From: an uncultured Gammaproteobacteria bacterium
Lineage (GTDB): Bacteria > Patescibacteriota > Patescibacteriia > UBA11705 > DATKZF01
Reading direction: 5' to 3'
Length of the DNA stretch: 64,000 nt
Assembly: GCA_964411255.1 (NCBI GenBank)
Contig: CAYPKD010000002.1
Span: forward strand, 162,141 to 226,140
Positions 36,173 through 44,704 of this stretch are shown here, in pieces. Below the pieces are notes generated by a model. That model was not told the DNA's origin. It saw only the letters and a list, made by a program, of their open reading frames with translations, and searched no databases. The translations under genes and the position numbers were made by a program. Positions within the stretch are counted from its first letter, which is position 1, and each line of letters starts with the position of its first letter.

Positions 36173-37173
36173 AAAAACTATTTTACATTTTGATAATAGT
36201 ATTAATCATTATCGCAGTCTTTGTATATTTGAAGTGGAACAATCTCAATTCACAATTACTGATTGATGAAAAGACATCGTTTAAGATAGAAAGTGGAACA
36301 AATGCTGAAACGATTGTAAATAATTTAGCAGCACAAAATATTATAAAGGATAAAACCGCATTGATTTGGTATATTAAATTCAAGAAGGTAGGCGATGATT
36401 TTATTGCCGGAACCTATTGGCTTGAGCCAGCGCACACCTCTATAGATCTAATCGATGTGCTTAGTGGCCAAGGAGAGGTTGTCGGAAAGATAACAATAAT
36501 TGAAGGCTGGGATCAAATGCAAATTGCTGCAGAATTAACTGAACAAAATATTGTATCAGGCATGTTATTTCTTGATGAAGTTGAAAAAGGAGATTGGAGA
36601 GCTGAAAGTAAATGGACTATTTGGGATGGAAAACCCGTTGAATCAGATTTAGAAGGATATTTATATCCAGATACATATTTTTTTGATCCAGAAGATGGGG
36701 CAAAGGGAGTTATTGAAAAAATGTTAACTAATTTTAATAAAAAATTAACAAAGGATTTAAGAAATGAGATTAAAAGCCAGGGTAAAACAGTTTATGAAGT
36801 ATTAACTCTGGCATCAATTGTTGAAAAGGAAATGTATGGAGAAGAAGATAGAAGAATGGTTGCTGATGTTTTTCTGAAAAGATTAGAAGATGGCATTGCT
36901 TTACAATCTGATGCAACAATTAATTATATTACAAAAAAGGGGACAACCAGGCCAAGCTATGCTGATTTGGAAATCCAGGATCCATATAATACATACAGAA
37001 GTAAAGGTCTGCCGCCTGGCCCGATTTGCAATCCAAGTATTGAATCGATTAAAGCTGTAATTTATCCCAAATCAAATGATTACTATTATTTTCTAAATAC
37101 AGAGGATGGAACAATTATCTACAGCAAAACATTTGAAGAGCACGTGGTAAACAAACATAAGTACCTAAAATAA
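36169..37173 (+). CDS. mltG: Endolytic transglycosylase
   Basis: LEGYLYPDTY, LASIVEKE, LQSDAT, YNTY...GLPPGPI.NP. Confidence 0.95.
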   Translation: MKKLFYILIIVLIIIAVFVYLKWNNLNSQLLIDEKTSFKIESGTNAETIVNNLAAQNIIKDKTALIWYIKFKKVGDDFIAGTYWLEPAHTSIDLIDVLSGQGEVVGKITIIEGWDQMQIAAELTEQNIVSGMLFLDEVEKGDWRAESKWTIWDGKPVESDLEGYLYPDTYFFDPEDGAKGVIEKMLTNFNKKLTKDLRNEIKSQGKTVYEVLTLASIVEKEMYGEEDRRMVADVFLKRLEDGIALQSDATINYITKKGTTRPSYADLEIQDPYNTYRSKGLPPGPICNPSIESIKAVIYPKSNDYYYFLNTEDGTIIYSKTFEEHVVNKHKYLK

Positions 37174-37216
37174 GATTTTTATAAAAAGAAAAAAGGCCAT
37201 AATGAATGGTCTTTTT

Positions 37217-37522
37217 TTAATGAATTTTATCTGGCCAAAGATGATGGCCATTGACTACAATTTGACCTTCTTCCAGATTTAATTGCAGATAACCCCATTT
37301 TGGATGATTCCAGACTAATTTTCTTATCTTAATATTTTTACCGGTTTTTACTTCTTCATAATGTGAGCAAAAGAAAAATCCTGAGTCGCGTGATGCTAAA
37401 CTAAATAAGAATGTTAAAAAGTTTATTTTCATCCCGCAGTTTTCTTCCTTCTTGCATCCTTTACAAAGTATTTGTGCAAATTCTTCCTGCTCTTTTGTTC
37501 TTTTTCCCATTTTTTCCTCCAT
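37217..37522 (-). CDS. Hypothetical Cys-containing protein
   Basis: 101-aa ORF with C..C.....C and C motif; own promoter and terminator. Confidence 0.55.
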   Translation of the reverse strand: MEEKMGKRTKEQEEFAQILCKGCKKEENCGMKINFLTFLFSLASRDSGFFFCSHYEEVKTGKNIKIRKLVWNHPKWGYLQLNLEEGQIVVNGHHLWPDKIH

Positions 37523-37648
37523 TGATTCAATTTATTATAATCTTTAATAAAAATTTTGTCAATTAATATAAATATGACAAGTTGACAAATTAATATATAA
37601 CTGATAAAATATAATGTTCAAATGTACCTTGACACCAAGGAGGGTCAG

Positions 37649-39808
37649 ATGACAAAAGACACCCAAAAAGTAGAAGAAATTATGCCTGGCTGCAAAGTTA
37701 TTCATACTTCAGCAGGCGAAATTATGGTGGGCTGTCCATCTGAAATTTTAAAGGTTTTTGCCAGACAAAACAGGCAAGTGCCTCAAGCAATTGTATTGCC
37801 AACTCATTTTTTTAGTTATGGAATTGTTCAGGCAGCACTTGAATTTGTGCTGTATAATTTTCTGTTTATTCAGGGAAGATTTTTCAAAGGTGAGAAGCTG
37901 ACTGTTTTTGGAACTGAAAAGCAAATTAATAGAATGACTGGACTTTTGCATCTGACTTTGAATGGGCCAAGTCGGTCAACGATGGAGAACTGGGGAATCC
38001 CTAAAGATCAAATTGATTTAGTAGAAAAGTTTTCAGATCATTTTCGTCTTAAGGATAAAAGCGGAAAGCCCTTGGCAATTTGCGAATTGATTAATTTTAG
38101 GAAGTTTAAATATGGTCATCCAGAGCTTCGGTTTGAACGGATTAATATTTCTATCAAAGATCAAAATGTTTTTAAGTTTGAGGATCAGTATACGGAAACT
38201 TTTGTTGATATAAATATTAAGGAAGCTCAAAGGCCGCAGATTCCTATCCCTGTACCACGCGAATTGCCTCCGCGAGCAGTGCTTGGAGCAACAGCTTTGA
38301 GTAAATGCACAACAGGTTTTGACCATACAGGATATACTTCTGGAGTTATTCTTTGGATCAATGGTATGGGTGTTTCTGTGGATGGCGTAGCCTGGATGAA
38401 AGAGCATTTGAGAAGCTTTGGCATAAATACAACTGAAATAAAAGCGCATATTGTCACTCATATACATGATGACCATAGCAATATTTTTGATTTAATTGTT
38501 AACGGAAAAGTTTTTAACCTGATTTCAGATAAATTGGGTTATCATTGTTTGGTTTCAAAAGCAGCTCTTCTCCTGGATATGCCCGAAGAGGAAATTAAGA
38601 AAATGATCCAGTTAATTGAGGTTATACCTGGCCAGCCGCTTCATTGGCATGGCGCAACTTTTGAATTTTGGCCAGTTGCTCATCCGATTCCAACAATGGG
38701 ATTTAGGGTAACGGTAGCTGGAAAATCAATCGTTTATTCAGCTGATACGATTTGGGGATCAAAGCTGAATAAATTATTCGATTCAGGCGTGATACCAAAG
38801 GATGTTTGTGAAAGAATTCAGGATGTGCCAATGCTGGGTTCAGAGCTGACATTCCATGACGCTGGCGGCGGAATGATTCACCCTGATTTGAAAGAATTGG
38901 CAGACCTGCCAGAACAGATTAGGCGCCACATCGTTCCAACACATATGGAACAAGTGCCTGACGAGCTGAGAGATAAGTTTGATCCGATCGAACCTGGTCA
39001 AAGCTGGGAATTGATCGGTCAAAGGACTTGGGATGTTAGTGATTTCATGAGAGTTTCACATGCGCCAATTCTTTCCAGTATTAGCGAAGAATGGATGCAT
39101 GTTGTGATTTCTCAGGGAAGAACCAAAGAGTATCCTGCCAACTATACTTTGCTTCAGGAAGGCAAGTTCGGTAAAAGCTTTTACCTTTTAATCGGCGGAA
39201 CTGTCAAAGTGTTATATAATAACGAGCGTGTGGCAACTCTCTCCACTGGAGATTTCTTTGGCGAAATTTCTTTAATGTACGATATTCCATGTACAGCTTC
39301 GATTGTGACAAAAAGTCCGATCAAAGTGCTTGAGCTGCCACAGGATATTTTTATGGAAATGGTTTCCTGTACGGGCTTGATGAAAAAGCTGGAGAAAATT
39401 CATCAGATTCGTCCTGTCCTGATTCAGTTGGCAACAATCAAGGATCTGCCTGCTCCGGTTCAGAATAGGCTTGTTGAAGCGACAAATCTTACACAGGTTA
39501 AAGCTGGTGAGGTGATTATCAAGCAGGGAGATGCTGGAGATCGGTTTTACGGAATCGTTTCTGGCAAAGCAGATGTTTTTTCCCAGGCTGATCCAAAATC
39601 ACCAAAGCGGCACATTGCTACATTGTATAGAAATCAGTGCTTTGGAGAAATGGCGCTGATAGGTAATGGAGTAAGAACAGCAGATGTTGTCGCTCAAACC
39701 GACATGGAACTGTTTTCCTTAACCAAAGAAGATTTTGTCAGAATTATTGGGCAGACTCCAATGTTCTTTTACGCAATAGGTATTTTGGCTCAAAGTAGAG
39801 CCAGATAA
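37649..39808 (+). CDS. Metallo-beta-lactamase-fold hydrolase with two cyclic-nucleotide-binding domains
   Basis: THIHDDH motif, YSAD; FGEISL and FGEMAL...RTADV cassettes; AGGAGG RBS before 37649. Confidence 0.88.
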   Translation: MTKDTQKVEEIMPGCKVIHTSAGEIMVGCPSEILKVFARQNRQVPQAIVLPTHFFSYGIVQAALEFVLYNFLFIQGRFFKGEKLTVFGTEKQINRMTGLLHLTLNGPSRSTMENWGIPKDQIDLVEKFSDHFRLKDKSGKPLAICELINFRKFKYGHPELRFERINISIKDQNVFKFEDQYTETFVDINIKEAQRPQIPIPVPRELPPRAVLGATALSKCTTGFDHTGYTSGVILWINGMGVSVDGVAWMKEHLRSFGINTTEIKAHIVTHIHDDHSNIFDLIVNGKVFNLISDKLGYHCLVSKAALLLDMPEEEIKKMIQLIEVIPGQPLHWHGATFEFWPVAHPIPTMGFRVTVAGKSIVYSADTIWGSKLNKLFDSGVIPKDVCERIQDVPMLGSELTFHDAGGGMIHPDLKELADLPEQIRRHIVPTHMEQVPDELRDKFDPIEPGQSWELIGQRTWDVSDFMRVSHAPILSSISEEWMHVVISQGRTKEYPANYTLLQEGKFGKSFYLLIGGTVKVLYNNERVATLSTGDFFGEISLMYDIPCTASIVTKSPIKVLELPQDIFMEMVSCTGLMKKLEKIHQIRPVLIQLATIKDLPAPVQNRLVEATNLTQVKAGEVIIKQGDAGDRFYGIVSGKADVFSQADPKSPKRHIATLYRNQCFGEMALIGNGVRTADVVAQTDMELFSLTKEDFVRIIGQTPMFFYAIGILAQSRAR

Positions 39809-39842
39809 TAAAACTCAACAAAATGTGTTGAGTTTTTTTAAT

Positions 39843-40934
39843 CTATGGCTTAACAATCATAGTACAAAGATAGCCGTCATGGACTTTATCAGTGCCAGGT
39901 GTAACTTTTAATTGAATATCTAGAATTTGATGAACCAGATCCATTACTGCAATATCACTGGCAGCATATGGACAATAGTCATCAGGCTGTCTGAGGTCTC
40001 CCAGATGAAGAAAAGCTCTTGAAGCGCAGCCTCCTCGGCATTGTTCTCCAAATCTGCAATCTTTACATAGATCTGGATATCTGTCTCGAATTTGGCTAAA
40101 GAGGACAGAAGTGTAAATTTCATCAAGTGTTTTTTCTGCAATTGATCCGGCAGCCCATTTTTCACCTTTTAAATAAACACATGGAGTAACACTGAGGTCA
40201 GTTTGAATCCGGCATGAAAGTCTGCCGCAAGAACAGCCAGCAACCGGATTTTTTTCAGCGTTGCCAAGGATATTGGCAATTAAGGGATCAGAAATTGATT
40301 CAAAAGTAATACCTTGTTCTGCTAGTAGCTTGATAATTTGCCAAAAGCGATAAGGAGTAAGCTGAAGTTTTGATTTACCACGGCCAGTTTTTCTAAACCA
40401 GTTTGTTCGCCAGGAAGCCTGATGCTTGTCAGCTAATTCTAAAAATTCCTTAATATCATCATCTGAAGTCTGACTGGTCACACAAGTAACGATTGATGCT
40501 TCAATCCCAAGCTCCTTGCAAATCTTTAAGCTTCTTTCCACCCAGTCCCAAGCGCGAGGATGCTGACGAAAGTCATTGTGCCGTTCAGGGTCTGGAAAAT
40601 CAATTGAAATATCAATATCATGGAAAATTCTCTTAACCTCAGCTGGATCCATCATTATTGCTGTTGCCCCATTGGTCGTAACTGCCTGCTTGACGTTGGG
40701 ATAATTTCGAGCAATATATCTGGCCAGCTCTACTGCATTTGGATTAAAAATAAATTCACCCGTTCCATAATTAATATCAGTGATTGTCGGGCAGATTTTG
40801 TCGGCAATAGCGGCCAGCTCGGTAAATGTGTGCTCTTCAGCGCGTGATGAACTGGCGCCATAACAATGTTTGCAGTGCATATTGCAAACGCCAAATCCCC
40901 AGCCTATGCTTTTTAGCGGGACAGGATTGCTCAT
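39843..40934 (-). CDS. Radical SAM/SPASM domain protein
   Basis: CNMHCKHC; C-terminal CG..SC, PC, C..C.....CRGGC, YC. Confidence 0.92.
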   Translation of the reverse strand: MSNPVPLKSIGWGFGVCNMHCKHCYGASSSRAEEHTFTELAAIADKICPTITDINYGTGEFIFNPNAVELARYIARNYPNVKQAVTTNGATAIMMDPAEVKRIFHDIDISIDFPDPERHNDFRQHPRAWDWVERSLKICKELGIEASIVTCVTSQTSDDDIKEFLELADKHQASWRTNWFRKTGRGKSKLQLTPYRFWQIIKLLAEQGITFESISDPLIANILGNAEKNPVAGCSCGRLSCRIQTDLSVTPCVYLKGEKWAAGSIAEKTLDEIYTSVLFSQIRDRYPDLCKDCRFGEQCRGGCASRAFLHLGDLRQPDDYCPYAASDIAVMDLVHQILDIQLKVTPGTDKVHDGYLCTMIVKP

Positions 40935-41016
40935 TGTTTTCCTCCTCTGTGAATGAACAAGTCAATAGTGAAGATATTTTATAAAATGGCCTCTGCTATT
41001 GCTTTGTTCTGGATTA

Positions 41017-42012
41017 TTATTTATATTTTTTAATTTGAAATTTTCTGCATGGGCAGACAAATTTGTAAGCTTTACTTTTTATCAAGTCATTGAAATTATA
41101 ATTAACACAGCCGGAGTATTTATAAAAAAGTTCCTGAATATGATTTTTAAAATATCTGTTTGAAATCTTTCTGCGGTTTGGCCAAAATGTTTTTAATGGC
41201 AAATATTTTAAATTTCCCAAAGGCTTATTATAGGTGGCCATGATAGAGCATGGGAATGCATCGCCATTTGGAAAAATTTGAAGAAAACTGATATTTTTTG
41301 CCAAGCAATCAACATTACACTCAATATGACTTTCTATGATTGGAGCTTCAAGCGTTATTTTGATTTTATCGTTATATTTCCCCAAATTATTTCTACAGAT
41401 CTGCAACCACTTTTTTGGATCAGCAACATGTTCTGTTTTATTTGCGCCCCGGCCGACAGGACTGAAAAAGCAAAATCGTATTTCATGAACCCCGAGGTCA
41501 ATTGCCTGCTTTACTACGTATTCAATGTCATAAAGATTATAGTCAAAAATAACTGTATTGATTTTTGTAAACAATCCTATCTTAACGCTGTTTTTTATTG
41601 TTTTGATTATTCGATGATAAACAGCGATTGTTTCTGGCCTGGTTTGCTTGAATGATTTATAATTTGGCCCGTCTAAACTGACTGATATTCCTTTTAAACC
41701 AGCCTGTTTTAATTTCCACAATTTTTCTTCAGTTAGCAAGCTGCCATTGGTTACGAGTTTGGTTCGCAGGTTTAACTTGTTTGCATAACTGATGATTTTA
41801 TCAATATCTTTATGAAGCATAGGCTCACCGCCAGTTAAATCTACTTTTATGCCTCCTAGGCTTTTAAAATCCTTTAGTATTTTTTTTGCCAAAGAAAGAT
41901 CCATGTCCTCGAGATTTGACTTTCCTGAATCAAAACCACAATGAATGCAATTAAAATTGCATCTGTTTGTAACATTTAAGTCGATTTGGATTTGATTTTC
42001 CATATAGGTCAT
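41017..42012 (-). CDS. Radical SAM protein with Twitch/SPASM-like C-terminus
   Basis: CNFNCIHC, TGGEP, TNG, SLDG, G.A.PC. Confidence 0.9.
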   Translation of the reverse strand: MTYMENQIQIDLNVTNRCNFNCIHCGFDSGKSNLEDMDLSLAKKILKDFKSLGGIKVDLTGGEPMLHKDIDKIISYANKLNLRTKLVTNGSLLTEEKLWKLKQAGLKGISVSLDGPNYKSFKQTRPETIAVYHRIIKTIKNSVKIGLFTKINTVIFDYNLYDIEYVVKQAIDLGVHEIRFCFFSPVGRGANKTEHVADPKKWLQICRNNLGKYNDKIKITLEAPIIESHIECNVDCLAKNISFLQIFPNGDAFPCSIMATYNKPLGNLKYLPLKTFWPNRRKISNRYFKNHIQELFYKYSGCVNYNFNDLIKSKAYKFVCPCRKFQIKKYK

Positions 42013-42111
42013 ACTATTTTAAGCTTAAAATGTAGATTTTGTCAAGCTTTGTTTTTTGATAAAAATTAGGAAATCTATTATAATTAAATCATGTTAATTA
42101 AATAAGAATTT

Positions 42112-42690
42112 ATGTTAAACAAAACTTTTTGGAATAAAATTAAAAAGGAACACGCAGAGTATGCCAGTGGCCGCTCAAATATAATCCATCATTCAAACAT
42201 TGCTTTAAGTAGTGCAAAAAAAGCAATATTTGCTTTGCATCGGGATAATGTAAAAGAGGCGGCGGCAAAGCTCAATGAGAGTAAAAAAGAATTAACAGAT
42301 TTAGAAAAGAAATTTGGGAAAAATTCAAGGTTTAGGTGTGAAGGCTCATGGAAGGCTGCAGCTGAAGAATTTGTTGAGGCAGCGCTTTATTTTGAATATA
42401 GAAAAACCGGCAAAGTAGGGGAGATTAAAGGAGTAAGCCTGCAGTTTGATGGGTACATCGGCGGTCTGTCTGATTTTTCTGGAGAACTGGTTCGCTGGGC
42501 TGTGCTTTTAGTAAACAAAGGTGATTATTCGAAAATGTTTGAAATTCAAAAAACAATAAATGAAGTTATCCAGATTTTGCTAGACACAAATTTAACTGGA
42601 CCTTTGCGACAAAAATTTGATCATGCAAAAAGAAATCAGCAGCGGATTGAACAGATGATATATGATCTTAAAATCAGGAAACTTATTTAG
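42112..42690 (+). CDS. Translin/TRAX family protein
   Basis: AKKAIFALHR, EEFVEA, GLSDFSGEL.R, LR.K.D motifs. Confidence 0.85.
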   Translation: MLNKTFWNKIKKEHAEYASGRSNIIHHSNIALSSAKKAIFALHRDNVKEAAAKLNESKKELTDLEKKFGKNSRFRCEGSWKAAAEEFVEAALYFEYRKTGKVGEIKGVSLQFDGYIGGLSDFSGELVRWAVLLVNKGDYSKMFEIQKTINEVIQILLDTNLTGPLRQKFDHAKRNQQRIEQMIYDLKIRKLI

Positions 42691-42760
42691 AGGGCATAAT
42701 AAGAGGCATCAGATGTGATGGAAGGGCTGGAAACTGGTATAACTCTACCACTGTCCTGTC

Positions 42761-42786
42761 CGTCATTCCCGCGGAGGCGGGAATCC
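42761..42786. repeat. REP-like palindrome CGTCATTCCCGCGGAGGCGGGAATCC
   Basis: Second copy of 1391-1416. Confidence 0.8.
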
Positions 42787-42801
42787 ACTTAGTAGTCCTG
42801 A

Positions 42802-43176
42802 ATGAATAAAAGCAGTGATTATGACTTTATGAAACACTCCAACCGAGATGATTTTGAAAAAATACACGCAGAGCAGGCTCAGCCTGTTCAGGTAAAACAA
42901 AAAACCAGCATAGTATCAAGGCTAAAAGCTGGCTGTTGTTTGGTTTTAATTGCCGGACTAATCGCTGGCGGATTTTATTTATATAAATTTTATCAGGATG
43001 TAAAAGCCCAGATTGATATTGAAATAAATGAGAATAAGGAGCTTTATGATGAGACAAAGGATACGATTGACAAGGCAAATGAAAATTATAATGATATAAA
43101 TTCAGCAATTGATCATGGTAAGGATTTGATTGATGATGCAAAAGAAATTAAAGATAATATTGATGATTTAAAATAA
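42802..43176 (+). CDS. Hypothetical single-TM coiled-coil protein
   Basis: TM helix followed by acidic heptads. Confidence 0.7.
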   Translation: MNKSSDYDFMKHSNRDDFEKIHAEQAQPVQVKQKTSIVSRLKAGCCLVLIAGLIAGGFYLYKFYQDVKAQIDIEINENKELYDETKDTIDKANENYNDINSAIDHGKDLIDDAKEIKDNIDDLK

Positions 43177-43241
43177 ATTTTAATCTAGTTACCGTGGAAC
43201 TCCAGTTTCGCGGTTTGTTTTGGATTTAAAAAGAACGTTTG

Positions 43242-43565
43242 TTAAACGTTCTTATCATAGAAGGAAGAATCATTATTTTTGTTATTTGGAGTAATCATAC
43301 TTCGTCTAATTATATTTTGTCTTGTATGCCATTGGGCGCATATTATCCATAAGACAAAAGTAAGGCCGCCAAAACATGATCCTAGATATGAAAAAATTTC
43401 ATTTTTATCATCAAGATAATACAGTGTGACAAAAAGAATAGTCACAGCGCTTGCAATAACAGCAAGCAAGAGAATTACTCTTTTAAAGGATCGTATTTTT
43501 TGATAAAAAGCTCGAAGATCATAATATGTTTGTATATTATTAATTGGGTATGGGAGCTTCTTCAT
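43242..43565 (-). CDS. Hypothetical two-TM protein
   Basis: AAGGGG RBS before ATG at 43565; two TM helices. Confidence 0.65.
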   Translation of the reverse strand: MKKLPYPINNIQTYYDLRAFYQKIRSFKRVILLLAVIASAVTILFVTLYYLDDKNEIFSYLGSCFGGLTFVLWIICAQWHTRQNIIRRSMITPNNKNNDSSFYDKNV

Positions 43566-43720
43566 TATAATTCCCCTTGTTTGCGGTAAATTGTATTTTA
43601 TCACTTTATTAAAGGTTTGTCAAGAACGAAAGTATGTTTATTAAGCACTCATTTATATTATTATATAACAAACTAAAGTTTGTCATTTCTGGCATGGTAT
43701 TTGTATTGACAATCTTTAGA

Positions 43721-44569
43721 TTATTTCATTAAGCGCTTACTGCCCAGAATATAATATTTTTTATTTATTTCAAAACCTAAATATTTCCGTTTTAATCGTT
43801 TGGCTACAACACAAGTGGTGCCAGAACCTAAGAATGGATCAAAAACTAAATCGTTTTCATTTGATGAAGCTAAAATAATTCGTTCAATTAATTTTTCAGG
43901 TTTTTGAGTCGGATGCTCAGTGTTTTCCGGCATTGACCAAAAAGGCACAGTTAAATCTGTCCAAATGTTTGACGGATGAGTCATGCGGAATTTCTGTCCA
44001 TCTTTTTCCACCCAATCTTTTGGCCTGCCAGAGGAATCTTTATAAGGAGCTATAACCTCCTTTTTTATTTTGACTTGATCTAAATTGAAAGTATAATCCT
44101 TGGATTTGGTGGCAAACCAGATGTCTTCCATATTATTTTTCCAATTTTTCTTTGAACCTCTGCCTTTTTCACGCTTCCAGGTAATTCTGTTTTGTGCTAC
44201 AAAATATTGTTCTAATAAATTTTGAATCATACCAGAATTTGGCCAATCAATGCAAATATAAATAGAGCCAGTCGGTTTTAATATTCTAAAACATTCCTTA
44301 ATCCAGGAATCATTCCAATTTTCAAATTCCCTTTTTGACAAATTTACAGTGCCATCGCCAAAGTTTTTTCGGTTATTATAAGGAGGATCAGTTAAAATTA
44401 GGTCAATTGAATCATCTGGAATGAGTTTTATTGATTTCAGACAGTCAGTTAGATAAATATTATTTTCAATCTCTGTGATATTTTTAATTTGTTTTGGGAA
44501 TTCTAAAAAAGTGAAATTTTTAATTTCCTCATCAGTAACGGTAATAGTTTTATTTCGATTTGATTTCAT
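43721..44569 (-). CDS. Orphan N4/N6 DNA methyltransferase (beta class order)
   Basis: DPPY precedes HPTQKP and DPFLGSGTT. Confidence 0.93.
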   Translation of the reverse strand: MKSNRNKTITVTDEEIKNFTFLEFPKQIKNITEIENNIYLTDCLKSIKLIPDDSIDLILTDPPYNNRKNFGDGTVNLSKREFENWNDSWIKECFRILKPTGSIYICIDWPNSGMIQNLLEQYFVAQNRITWKREKGRGSKKNWKNNMEDIWFATKSKDYTFNLDQVKIKKEVIAPYKDSSGRPKDWVEKDGQKFRMTHPSNIWTDLTVPFWSMPENTEHPTQKPEKLIERIILASSNENDLVFDPFLGSGTTCVVAKRLKRKYLGFEINKKYYILGSKRLMK

Positions 44570-44704
44570 TAAAATTACAAATATGCGTGTATATAGAAAT
44601 ATTACAGATAATTACAAATAATTACAAATTTTTACTGTTGACTAAATTATAATTATTTGATAAATTACAAAGTTCATTGACAATGCTTTGAAAGGAGGCT
44701 GAAA

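Noticed and set aside
43721-44569. Restriction-modification system
   Set aside because: No adjacent endonuclease recognised; treated as an orphan methyltransferase.
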